A stretch of DNA of 64,000 nucleotides from Alphaproteobacteria bacterium (GCA_017635595.1 JAGBLF010000023.1:8398-72397); one strand, 5' to 3'; shown: positions 29,089-37,810, numbered from the stretch's first letter. Numbers and translations: made by a program. The notes: generated by a model not told the origin, from the letters alone.

Positions 29089-30051
29089 TTATTCTTTTTC
29101 ATCGTACCAATCTTCCGGTTTAATAACTTTAACGTGTTTACCCCATGTATACAAATGCCAATCCATTTCCATGCGACCGCCGGCACGGAATTTAACCGTC
29201 AACGTTCCATCCGGATTTTTAACAGTTTCCTGCTGCGGATGAAACTCATATTGCGCGGCTTCGGCGGCAGTTTCGGCATCAAACAACCATTCAACATCGA
29301 AAGGCCGTTCATGAAAAGCCCCAAATGCTTCCATTGCATATTGTTTCAAATCAAAATCCGCCACCATCTGAAACGGCTGTCCCAAAATCTCGACTTTTTC
29401 AATGTTGCTCAAAATAAAATTGCGCACCTCATTGCCGGCATATCCGTCACTGTGTCGCGCCACCAGATAGTGATTGCGTTCGCCATACAGAAAGCCGTAC
29501 GGATCCAGCGTATTATAACTGTATTTTCCGCTGTTTTTATTATAATATTTAATGCGGATTTGATGACATTCCAAAATAGCGCGGCGAATAGTTTCTAAAA
29601 TTTCATCATTTATTTTCAGCTTCGGACCGGCACGACAAATAAATCCTTCGGCTTCCAATAAGGCCTCGGCATCCGGTTCAATACGCCGATATACATCAGG
29701 TTTAATGTTAGCCCTTATTTTAGCAATCAATTTTTGCAAAACATCTTTTTTACCCTGCATTTGTTTTTTATCAAACATTGTTACCGCTGTTTCCAAAACC
29801 GAGAGTTCCTCGGCCGAAAACTGAATAAAATCTTTTAACGTTCCCTGCGGAATATACCACCGTTTAGTATTGTTTTCACCGACAATTTCTTCGGTTTGCG
29901 GAAAACGTTCCAAAATCATATTGCGCATACGCTCGGCCGTTCGACGTGATACGGCAAAATTTTGCATAATATCGTTCAACGAAACGCCCTCACGGTTCGA
30001 TTGCATTAAAATCGCTAATTCGAGTAAATCATGTGTTTTTTCATAAACCAT
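29089..30051 (-). CDS. HTH-WYL-WCX transcriptional regulator (BrxR/CapW/PafBC-like)
   Basis: N-terminal HTH (VSLNDIMQNFAVSRRTAERMRNMI). Central WYL domain (IRIKYYN...YGFLYGERNHYLVARHSDGYAGNEVRNFILSNIEKVEILG). C-terminal WCX-like extension. Confidence 0.75.
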   Translation of the reverse strand: MVYEKTHDLLELAILMQSNREGVSLNDIMQNFAVSRRTAERMRNMILERFPQTEEIVGENNTKRWYIPQGTLKDFIQFSAEELSVLETAVTMFDKKQMQGKKDVLQKLIAKIRANIKPDVYRRIEPDAEALLEAEGFICRAGPKLKINDEILETIRRAILECHQIRIKYYNKNSGKYSYNTLDPYGFLYGERNHYLVARHSDGYAGNEVRNFILSNIEKVEILGQPFQMVADFDLKQYAMEAFGAFHERPFDVEWLFDAETAAEAAQYEFHPQQETVKNPDGTLTVKFRAGGRMEMDWHLYTWGKHVKVIKPEDWYDEKE

Positions 30052-30122
30052 TACTATCCTCCGCTCATATTACCTGCTCATTTTATTATAATCTGCCAGC
30101 CATCGTCAAGAAGTAAAAATCA

Positions 30123-32207
30123 TTAAATAAAACCAATATGGTGTTCAACCGGCATTTTATTTTGTTGTTCCTGCTCAAGCATTTTGATCAGCTCATCTTT
30201 ATCCGATAGGCAGCCGATAATTTCCGCTTTGTCATGCACAACAACAAAATCGCCCGGAGTCAGTGTTGCCAAATGCGATAAATCGACGTTTTGAAAATTG
30301 AAGAAATGCTCAAAACAACGACTGCGCTGATTTGGCGTCAGATAATCGTATTTCACCTTAAAAGTAAAGCGTCGCAAAGAGGCTTTATCCAGCTTATCCA
30401 TCAAGTTTGTCGTGCAGACAAACGGATATTGGTGCTGCTCCATCTGTGTCAGCATTTCATTAACCTGTGTAACTTCCCAATTGCGAAATGCCCCGTTCCG
30501 ATCTTGCAAAAAGCTGTCCGCCTCATCAAAAATCAGCAAAGCGCCACGTTCTTTGGCTTCCTCGAAAGCCTCGGCGATTCGGTGTTCGGTTTCACCGACA
30601 TACGGACCGATTAAATCGGAGCATTTTTTCTTTAATACCGGCAAATTCAACTGCTCGCCCAAATATTGAGCAAAGGCAGACTTTCCGGTACCTGAAGCCC
30701 CGTATAAACACAGCGAGAAATTCATTTTACCTAAAGCTGTTATTTTATCGGCAAATGTTGTTAAATTCACATCGGTATTGAGCAGTTCCGGATTAAAGGC
30801 AATTTTTTGCAACTTTCTTTCTTCTTTAACTTTGTGACCGTTATTATAAACCTGTTGCAAAACATCCAAAGTCTGTTCGACTTCCGACAATCCGCCACCG
30901 ATAAGTTTGACCGATTTGACAGCCGAGGCAATAAATGCCGGCGATAACGAATATTTGGCGGCAAACTTTTTAGCTGTTGCGGCATCTGCCGGCAAATTGT
31001 TGGCTTGCAAACTTTTTTGCCACATCTCCTCGCGTACCGTTTTCTTCGGGCGCGTAAAGTTTAAGGCATAAGTAAAGCGCCGCAAATATGCCTTATCTAC
31101 ACGACGGATATTATTGACAATCCAGATAATCGGTTGGCGATTTGTTTCCAAAAGGCGATTTACCCTGATTTTTGTAGCACTCTTGTTTTTCTTGCAACCG
31201 AAAAAGTAGTCATCTTCTTCCAGCACATCATCTGCTTCATCGAGCAAAAGAACAACATCTTTATCCTTTTGCAAAATCATTTGCGTACGCAAAAGTTGGG
31301 CAAATCGGTTTGTATCGGCTTCTTCTTCCACCACCGTAAACGGGTTCTCGCCAACGGCATATAATGAGGCGGCAACTTCGGCCGTCAGGGTCTTGGCAAA
31401 TTCGGTCTTACCTGTTCCCGGCTCGCCGTATAATAAGATGTTAATGCCTTTTGTTTTCTTGGTTTTGGCCGCCTGCATAATGTTTTTTACCACATCAATT
31501 TGCTCGATATGCTTAAAATCCTGCCATTGCAGAGCCGGTGCGCAAGGCGTACCGACCAAAAACGAACGAATATCGTCGATACTGTCAAATTTTTGAAAAT
31601 AAAATCTTTTTGTTAAGCGCGAAATATCAACATCGCCGTCATAGTCGGTTTCCATAAGTCCGAGTCGATTTAAGGCACAATCTTGTTTGCACATCTTAAA
31701 AAGCGTGTCCGGTTTAATATTCAAAAACACGGCCCGGTCATAAATCGTCATGTCGCCGTGTGACTTAAAATCATATAAAATACTGCGAAATAAGCTGTCA
31801 CATTTTTCGCGAATAACGAAACCCAAAAACTCTTTTTCTTCATCTTTTAAGGCAAACAATTGTTGCAAATAAAGCAGATTTCTCTCCAAATGCCCTATTT
31901 TGTAATGCCGAACGGCCAACGCTGTTTTAGCAAGGTCCTCGGCAAATTTTTTAACCAAAAGCCGCGCATCTTTTTTATGACGTTTGGCATAGTCGGCTAA
32001 ATTGAAATCCATATCATCTTTGCCGACTTTATCGGGCTTAATTTTGCACGGACAGTCAAAATAGTTGTCGCACTTTTCATCTAACCATTCACAAGTATTT
32101 TTTAAATTTTGCCGAACGTAAACCTGGTTATTCAGTACATTAAGTACATAAGACAGTATCTTTTGCTTTTCGAAATTTTCAGACATTGTGTTTTCCTCCA
32201 TATTCAA
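30123..32207 (-). CDS. Tandem AAA+ ATPase (two classic AAA modules) with ~250-aa Cys-rich N-terminal domain
   Basis: Walker A GEPGTGKT and GASGTGKS. Walker B LLLDEADD and LIFDEADS. Second-region-of-homology arginines in both modules (VNNIRRVDKAYLRRFT; CTTNLMDKLDKASLRRFT). N-terminal CEWLDEKCDNYFDCPC cluster. Confidence 0.75.
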   Translation of the reverse strand: MNMEENTMSENFEKQKILSYVLNVLNNQVYVRQNLKNTCEWLDEKCDNYFDCPCKIKPDKVGKDDMDFNLADYAKRHKKDARLLVKKFAEDLAKTALAVRHYKIGHLERNLLYLQQLFALKDEEKEFLGFVIREKCDSLFRSILYDFKSHGDMTIYDRAVFLNIKPDTLFKMCKQDCALNRLGLMETDYDGDVDISRLTKRFYFQKFDSIDDIRSFLVGTPCAPALQWQDFKHIEQIDVVKNIMQAAKTKKTKGINILLYGEPGTGKTEFAKTLTAEVAASLYAVGENPFTVVEEEADTNRFAQLLRTQMILQKDKDVVLLLDEADDVLEEDDYFFGCKKNKSATKIRVNRLLETNRQPIIWIVNNIRRVDKAYLRRFTYALNFTRPKKTVREEMWQKSLQANNLPADAATAKKFAAKYSLSPAFIASAVKSVKLIGGGLSEVEQTLDVLQQVYNNGHKVKEERKLQKIAFNPELLNTDVNLTTFADKITALGKMNFSLCLYGASGTGKSAFAQYLGEQLNLPVLKKKCSDLIGPYVGETEHRIAEAFEEAKERGALLIFDEADSFLQDRNGAFRNWEVTQVNEMLTQMEQHQYPFVCTTNLMDKLDKASLRRFTFKVKYDYLTPNQRSRCFEHFFNFQNVDLSHLATLTPGDFVVVHDKAEIIGCLSDKDELIKMLEQEQQNKMPVEHHIGFI

Positions 32208-32260
32208 ACAGAAGATAACAAATGACTACAGCAAATTATGTCATATTATAAAAAGGAAAA

Positions 32261-33310
32261 TCAATTTTCTTTTTGCAAAAAATTTTCGCCGATATACTCA
32301 ACTAAATCGAGAACAGCAAGCAATTCCGTAATCACACGGTTTTCGGCTCGCGGATTGTCCAAAGGCCTAAATAAACCGCTAAATTCAAACATTGCATTTT
32401 TTTCCGATGTTTCGGCGGCAAAAACGACATTGTTATCAAAAAAAGCTGCCTTAATATTTCCCGTCCCGAACGCAGCCTTCATCTTATAAAATTTTTCCAT
32501 AAAAACAGGTGTTAATAACCGCCTCGCCAACAACTGATTTGAAGTATGAATTTTGTATTTCTTTTCAAAACCGATACTTTCGGTCTTCACACTTTGCAAG
32601 TAATGAAACCAAAAAATCAATACTTCAAGTCCTAAAAGACAGACTGAAAGAATCCCCATTCCTATCAGTTCACTGATACTGATACGGTCACGAAAATTAT
32701 AAAGGCACACCATACTGAGCAATACCGACACAAGCCCAAAAGAAAAACCGCGTATAAATAAATCAGATTTAGGCGTAATTATGGTAGATGACTTAAAATC
32801 TTGTCCGGTTTTAATATGCAAGACTATTCCATTAAATGCGACTTCTCGCGATCCTCTATGAGGCGTATACAAATTCAACTCTGAAGCATTGAAAGATATC
32901 CCTTTGCAAATTCCGTCAAAACAATCATCTGCTTCAATTTCGGTGAAAAAACCAAATAAATGGCTGTAATTTAAAACAGTCTCATCGCATAACTTGTCAG
33001 CTCTTTTGAGCTGCGGAAACAATGCCAATATTTTATCCAAACATTGCTTTTTCATATACTTTTTAAAAGCATAGTCATACCATATAGGCAGAATAACCAT
33101 CACCGCGATAAGGCCGATGATTGCCAAGATGCATATTGACGACAGATCATCTGATTTTTGTGCGCACATAGCTTCTAAGCGAAAAAACAAAGCGACTACG
33201 GCAAAACAAAATCCCTCAAAAAGAATAACTTGATTTAGCCGCCGCCGACGTTCAGGTTCGTAATCTCTTAAAATTTCAAATGCCGAGTTTTTGATATTTA
33301 TGTATGTCAT
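32261..33310 (-). CDS. Hypothetical membrane protein (2 TM + soluble domain + 2 TM + soluble C-terminal domain)
   Basis: Start moved to ATG 33310 (MTYINIKNSAF...), preceded by AAAGGGA. Hydrophobic pairs around residues 35-75 and 225-265. Confidence 0.4.
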   Translation of the reverse strand: MTYINIKNSAFEILRDYEPERRRRLNQVILFEGFCFAVVALFFRLEAMCAQKSDDLSSICILAIIGLIAVMVILPIWYDYAFKKYMKKQCLDKILALFPQLKRADKLCDETVLNYSHLFGFFTEIEADDCFDGICKGISFNASELNLYTPHRGSREVAFNGIVLHIKTGQDFKSSTIITPKSDLFIRGFSFGLVSVLLSMVCLYNFRDRISISELIGMGILSVCLLGLEVLIFWFHYLQSVKTESIGFEKKYKIHTSNQLLARRLLTPVFMEKFYKMKAAFGTGNIKAAFFDNNVVFAAETSEKNAMFEFSGLFRPLDNPRAENRVITELLAVLDLVEYIGENFLQKEN

Positions 33311-33431
33311 TACCAGATTCCCTTTTAGGAAAATCATAAAATGCACCGATAATAAAATCAATACATTTTTGTTTACAAAACCGGATAAGAATGTTACAAT
33401 ATCACTGTACGTGCAAAAAAGGAGAAGCATT

Positions 33432-33605
33432 ATGGATTTGGGCGGTTTAGATATAACAACAATCGGATTAGGATTTTTGGGCTTACTGATTGCTTTTGCC
33501 TTTTTGAAGTTTTTAATTAAGCTGCCGTTTTACATTATGACGTTCGGCATTTTGGGCGCACTGGCTTACGCCGCTTACACTTATTTACTGCCGTTACTCA
33601 AATAA
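33432..33605 (+). CDS. Small (57 aa) two-TM membrane protein
   Basis: RBS AAAAGGAGAAGCATTATG. MDLGGLDITTIGLGFLGLLIAFAFLKFLIKLPFYIMTFGILGALAYAAY. The ORF-track upstream extension lacks an RBS. Confidence 0.4.
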   Translation: MDLGGLDITTIGLGFLGLLIAFAFLKFLIKLPFYIMTFGILGALAYAAYTYLLPLLK

Positions 33606-33607
33606 AG

Positions 33608-33928
33608 TTAAATTCGCGTTTGGAAATAGTACGCAACACTGTCTTCCAAATATTTTAAAATTCGATTGTAGTTTTCGGGAATATTTGTAATCTTAAACGA
33701 ATCATTTTTATCAAAATGGTACATAAAACATTTTAGGACTTGCCCGTAAATAAAATTGATTTCACGGGCCGCTTCGGATACCTCGATTTTTTCGTCTGCC
33801 GCTTGCCGAACAGCATCATACAGCTGCTTAAACGCCTCTCTGTGAAATTGCTGTTTATGCTGCAAATAATCGAGAAAAGAGCCTTCTTTGCCCTCAAAAT
33901 TACTTTTTAAAATATCTTGCGCACTCAT
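33608..33928 (-). CDS. Hypothetical protein (106 aa)
   Basis: Intact ORF with no recognisable motif. Confidence 0.4.
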   Translation of the reverse strand: MSAQDILKSNFEGKEGSFLDYLQHKQQFHREAFKQLYDAVRQAADEKIEVSEAAREINFIYGQVLKCFMYHFDKNDSFKITNIPENYNRILKYLEDSVAYYFQTRI

Positions 33929-34049
33929 CTTAAAAATTCCAAATCACACATATCCATAAAACAGACTTTTCAAAAAATCGTTAATATACATATTGTATTT
34001 CTTATGAAATATAGTATGATATATTAAAGAAAGCAAAGGAAAAATTAAA

Positions 34050-34430
34050 ATGATTGTTCGTATTGTTCTCGGAGTTATTCTCGGTTTCTTGCTGGTAGCC
34101 TACTTTCCGCTTGTTATAAGAGTATTACCGTACTTATTACCAATAGCTATTCTCGGCATAGCTTTTATATTTTTGCGCTCAGCACCGATGCTTGCCGAAC
34201 CGCTCAGCTACGGATTACTGGCTGTACTCTTATGTTATGTGATATTTTTGCTGTGGCGATACAAAACACAGGTTAAAAACGTATTAACCAAAAAAGAAAA
34301 AATACCTAATCTGCCGGTTATTAACATCAAAGGACATCCGCAATTAAGCGCTCTTATCACAATGACTGCCTACACTCTCGGACTGACTTTTGTATTGTAC
34401 TTAATTATATTGCTGATTTACGTCAAATAA
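34050..34430 (+). CDS. Hypothetical membrane protein (4 TM, 126 aa)
   Basis: RBS AAAGGAAAAATTAAAATG. Four hydrophobic helices. Confidence 0.45.
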   Translation: MIVRIVLGVILGFLLVAYFPLVIRVLPYLLPIAILGIAFIFLRSAPMLAEPLSYGLLAVLLCYVIFLLWRYKTQVKNVLTKKEKIPNLPVINIKGHPQLSALITMTAYTLGLTFVLYLIILLIYVK

Positions 34431-34521
34431 TATTACTTTCGTCATATTTACATTATATTAAAAATATGGCACTATGTTTTATGTGATTATACATAACGAC
34501 TCTTATTTTGGAGAAAGACAA

Positions 34522-35487
34522 ATGTTAAATTTAACTAAGCAAGGTCTCTCGGCAGATTCTGAGGTTCTGAGCCTTAATTCAAATTCCGTTTTTGCTGATA
34601 ACAAAAAAAGTCATCCTTGCGAAAGCGAGGATCTCGACCGAATCATTTTAAGCAGCCGAGATTCTCGAGCCTGCGGCTCAAGAATGACAGGTAAAAATAT
34701 TGGCTCAAGAATGGCAGGTAAAAATATTGGCTCAAGAATGACAGTAAAATGTGAGAGCGGCCTTCTTTCGATATGTGCTGCAGATGCGCCGCAATTTTCG
34801 AGTGCCGTGTACAACAGAGGTACACAAGCGAGAAAGTTGCAAGCAGGTGCCACACAGAGCGGCCGCAGCATGATTGAAATGCTCGGTGTACTGGCCATTA
34901 TCGGTGTGCTGTCGGTGGGCGGTATTGCCGGCTATTCGAAAGCCATGATGCAATACAAAATAAACAAGACTGTCGATCAAATATCCCAAATTGTCGGTAA
35001 TGTTAGGACATTGTATGCAAGTCAAAAAAACTATAAAGGATTATCTTGTTCTAGTGAACCTACAAAATGTCATACGTTGATCAAAAAGGCACATCTTGTA
35101 CCGGATGAACTATGGAACAGTGATGGAACTAGCCTTGAAAATGCTTTTGGAGGGACATTAACGGTAAATGTCGGCTCAAAAAAATCATCTTATGATGACA
35201 AAGCTTTTGGGGTTGATTTATATAATCTTCCCGAAGAGGCATGTATGGCATTGTCTACTTATGACTGGGGCTCTGGTTCTTCTTCCGGTTTAATTGCAAT
35301 CAGTGTAAATCATGGAACTGTACTTGAAATAGATAGTTATTCTGTTGGTTGTGCAGGCACATCTTCTGATGGTAAAGCCATCGCCTGTCCGAATGGTGCA
35401 ACCGTTTCAATTCCTATGCCTATTAATATTGCAGCTACGGCTTGTCAAACAGGAGATAGTAATACAGTTTCACTTAAGTTCTATTAA
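34522..35487 (+). CDS. Membrane protein with type-IV-pilin-like N-terminal segment (G-RSMIEMLGVLAIIGVLSVGGIAGY, Glu at +5) and Cys-containing C-terminal domain; N-terminal region carries 9-aa tandem repeats. Alternative: processed prepilin starting at TTG 34837
   Basis: RBS GGAGAAAGACAAATG at 34522. The hydrophobic helix matches the prepilin methylation-motif spacing. The C-terminal Cys pairs resemble a pilin disulfide loop. The translation start is uncertain. Confidence 0.4.
   Translation: MLNLTKQGLSADSEVLSLNSNSVFADNKKSHPCESEDLDRIILSSRDSRACGSRMTGKNIGSRMAGKNIGSRMTVKCESGLLSICAADAPQFSSAVYNRGTQARKLQAGATQSGRSMIEMLGVLAIIGVLSVGGIAGYSKAMMQYKINKTVDQISQIVGNVRTLYASQKNYKGLSCSSEPTKCHTLIKKAHLVPDELWNSDGTSLENAFGGTLTVNVGSKKSSYDDKAFGVDLYNLPEEACMALSTYDWGSGSSSGLIAISVNHGTVLEIDSYSVGCAGTSSDGKAIACPNGATVSIPMPINIAATACQTGDSNTVSLKFY
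34675..34744 (+). repeat. 27-bp tandem repeat x2.6 (GGCTCAAGAATGRCAGGTAAAAATATT), in-frame (encodes GSRM[T/A]GKNI)
   Basis: Three near-identical adjacent units read directly from the sequence. Confidence 0.8.
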
Positions 35488-35508
35488 ACGGATTTATCTT
35501 TTATCAAA

Positions 35509-35535
35509 GCGCCGCCTGTAAAGGTGGCGTTTTTT
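35509..35535 (+). terminator. Putative terminator (GCGCCGCCTGTAAAGGTGGCGTTTTTT)
   Basis: Imperfect GC-rich stem followed by a T-run after the pilin-like gene. Confidence 0.4.
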
Positions 35536-35539
35536 AAAT

Positions 35540-35910
35540 TGTTGTCGTTTTGCAGTCAGTACAGTGTTGAAAAAAACTCGGATAATGTGTCTAGTACGAA
35601 GAAACCTCTCTTGCGCAGTGTACAAAACAGTACATAAGGCAACCGGCACGACACAAAAAAACTCGGATAGCATGCGTTAATACGACGTAAGCCTTTTCTC
35701 GCCGTGTACAAAATAGTACATAAGGCAACCGGCACGGCATAAAAAAACTCGGATAGCGTGCGTTAATACGACGTAAGCCTTTTCTCGCCGTGTACAAAAA
35801 GGGTACATAAGGCAACCGGCACGGCACAAAAAAACTCGGATAACGAGGCTAGTACGCAGAAACCTCTCTTGTGCAGTGTACACAAAGGTACATAAACAAG
35901 AGAGGTTTCA
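35540..35910. repeat. Composite tandem repeat array, ~86-bp period x4: conserved ~53-bp module (GTGTACAAAANAGTACATAAGGCAACCGGCACGRCAYAAAAAAACTCGGATA) alternating with two alternating ~33-bp intervening segments (A, B, B', A'); terminal unit forms a perfect 13-bp hairpin (GAAACCTCTCTTG...CAAGAGAGGTTTC)
   Basis: Read directly from the sequence. The ORF-track proteins 35591-35883 repeat internally because they translate this array. Confidence 0.8.
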
Positions 35911-35935
35911 AGTAATAGACCGTTAGACGAGTTTT

Positions 35936-36946
35936 TTAGAAGTGATCGTCGGAACGCTTGATCAATTCCTCAATATTCTCAGGCGGCCAACCCGGCGTTT
36001 CCATGCCTAAGTGAATACCCATCTTTGCCAAAACTTCTTTGATTTCGTTCAAAGATTTGCGACCGAAGTTCGGCGTACGAAGCATTTCGGCTTCTGTTTT
36101 TTGAACCAAATCACCGATATAAACGATATTATCGTTCTTCAAGCAGTTAGCTGAACGAACCGATAATTCAAGTTCATCAACCTTACGCAACAGGTTTTTG
36201 TTGAACGGTAATTCTTCGCGAACATCCTCGGTTTCACTTTCCGGTTCATCAAAGTTGATAAACGGTTTCAATTGGTCTTGCAAAATGCGAGCTGCATAAG
36301 CAACAGCATCTTCCGGCGTTACAACACCATTGGTTTCAACGACCATTGTTAATTTATCATAATCGGTAATTTGACCGACACGGGTATTTTCAACTTTGTA
36401 AGAAACCTTTTTAACCGGGGAATAAATCGCGTCAACGGCAATCAAGCCAATCGGAGAATCGGCTGACGTGCTGTTAGCGGCCGGAACATAACCTTTACCG
36501 GTTGTTACTGTTAATTCCATACGAATTTTTGCACCGGCATCCAACGTGCAGATGATATGATCCGGATTCATAATTTCAACATCATGACCGGTTTCAATCA
36601 TAGCAGCCGTAACCGTACAAGGACCTTCAGCCTTCAAGGTTAAAGTCTTTGTCATTTCGGTATGAACGGAAACTGCCAATTCCTTAATGTTCAAAACGAT
36701 ATCGGTAACATCTTCTCTGACGCCCGGAATAACGGAAAATTCGTGCAGGACACCGTCAATTTTAATAGCTGAAACAGCACCGCCTTGTAATGAAGATAAT
36801 AAAACTCTTCTCAAAGCATTACCTAAAGTAAGGCCAAAGCCTCTCTCTAAAGGTTCAACCACAATTTTAGCTTTATTCGAACCGTCTTCTTGAGACACAT
36901 CGAGCTTTGTTGGTTTAATAAGTTCTTGCCAATTCTTTTGAATCAC
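35936..36946 (-). CDS. rpoA: DNA-directed RNA polymerase subunit alpha
   Basis: Full RpoA NTD/CTD conservation ([17 protein letters not shown]...). The likely start is the internal GTG ([12 protein letters not shown]) preceded by AAAGGA. The ORF-track TTG extension adds 18 unsupported residues. Confidence 0.9.
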   Translation of the reverse strand: MIQKNWQELIKPTKLDVSQEDGSNKAKIVVEPLERGFGLTLGNALRRVLLSSLQGGAVSAIKIDGVLHEFSVIPGVREDVTDIVLNIKELAVSVHTEMTKTLTLKAEGPCTVTAAMIETGHDVEIMNPDHIICTLDAGAKIRMELTVTTGKGYVPAANSTSADSPIGLIAVDAIYSPVKKVSYKVENTRVGQITDYDKLTMVVETNGVVTPEDAVAYAARILQDQLKPFINFDEPESETEDVREELPFNKNLLRKVDELELSVRSANCLKNDNIVYIGDLVQKTEAEMLRTPNFGRKSLNEIKEVLAKMGIHLGMETPGWPPENIEELIKRSDDHF

Positions 36947-37036
36947 GGGTTTTGTCCTTTTGTTAAAAGTTATATATGCATATATTTGAAAACGCGGCAA
37001 CAGGCCTTAATAAAGGCCTGCACCACAAAAAGTAAA

Positions 37037-37432
37037 TTAGACGCGGCGTCTTTTTCTTAAGCGGCAACCATTGTGCGGAATCGGAGTTACATCGCGAATG
37101 GATGTAATTGTAAAACCGACAACTTGCAACGCTCTGATAGCGGATTCTCTTCCCGAACCCGGACCCTTAACTTCGACTTCCAGAGTCTTCATACCGTTTT
37201 CCTGAGCCTTTTTACCGGCATCTTCTGCAGCAACTTGTGCAGCATACGGTGTAGATTTTCTGGAGCCTTTGAAGCCCTGAGCACCGGCAGTTGCCCAAGA
37301 AACAGTATTACCTTGAGCATCTGTAATTGTAATTCTTGTATTGTTAAAAGAAGAATCGATGTGAGCCACACCTGAAGTAATATTCTTTTTTTCTTTTCTC
37401 TTTTTTTGAATTGTTGCTTTAGCCATTTGCAC
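37037..37432 (-). CDS. rpsK: 30S ribosomal protein S11
   Basis: [18 protein letters not shown]...[11 protein letters not shown] is canonical S11. GTG start. Confidence 0.9.
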   Translation of the reverse strand: MQMAKATIQKKRKEKKNITSGVAHIDSSFNNTRITITDAQGNTVSWATAGAQGFKGSRKSTPYAAQVAAEDAGKKAQENGMKTLEVEVKGPGSGRESAIRALQVVGFTITSIRDVTPIPHNGCRLRKRRRV

Positions 37433-37441
37433 TTACCTCAC

Positions 37442-37810
37442 TTATTTCTTCTTGTTAGCAATGGTCTTGCGTTTACCTTTACGGGTACGAGCATTTTGTT
37501 TTGTGCTCTGACCGCGAACAGGCAGACCCTTACGATGTCTTAAACCACGGTAGCAACCTAAATCCATCAATCTTTTAATGTTGGTACCGACTTCACGACG
37601 AAGTTCACCTTCAACTAAGTAACCGCTGTCGATTACTTCACGAATCTTCATGATTTCTTCATCAGAGAGTTGATTAACACGACGGTTCATATCAATCCCC
37701 GATTTTGCGCAAATATCTTGAGCAGACTTTCTACCAATGCCGAAGATATAAGTCAGTGCGACTTCAATTCTCTTGGCGCTTGGAATGTTTACACCAGCTA
37801 TACGAGCCAA
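37442..37810 (-). CDS. rpsM: 30S ribosomal protein S13
   Basis: [10 protein letters not shown]...[15 protein letters not shown]. Confidence 0.9.
   Translation of the reverse strand: MARIAGVNIPSAKRIEVALTYIFGIGRKSAQDICAKSGIDMNRRVNQLSDEEIMKIREVIDSGYLVEGELRREVGTNIKRLMDLGCYRGLRHRKGLPVRGQSTKQNARTRKGKRKTIANKKK

Noticed and set aside
32238-32489. 83-aa plus-strand ORF at the 3' end of the membrane-protein gene 32261-33310
   Set aside because: It is antisense to a supported gene, with no RBS and a low-complexity translation.
27002-33430. Looked for integrase, transposase, relaxase or phage structural genes to delimit a mobile element around the island
   Set aside because: None of the ORFs carries tyrosine or serine recombinase, DDE transposase or phage hallmark motifs. 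Mobility is inferred only from the tRNA-adjacent att-like repeats.
35591-35883. ORF-track proteins 35591-35827 and 35677-35883 with internally repeated sequences (MPCRLPYV...)
   Set aside because: They are translations of the tandem DNA repeat on the opposite strand. They have no RBS and their reading frames are an artefact of the repeat period.
35540-35910. Possible CRISPR array (regularly spaced ~53-bp repeats with ~33-bp intervening segments)
   Set aside because: The intervening segments are not unique. They are two sequences, each repeated (A, B, B', A'), with 1-4 mismatches. The repeat is far longer than CRISPR repeats, whole units are simply tandemly duplicated, and no cas genes are present anywhere in the 64 kb.
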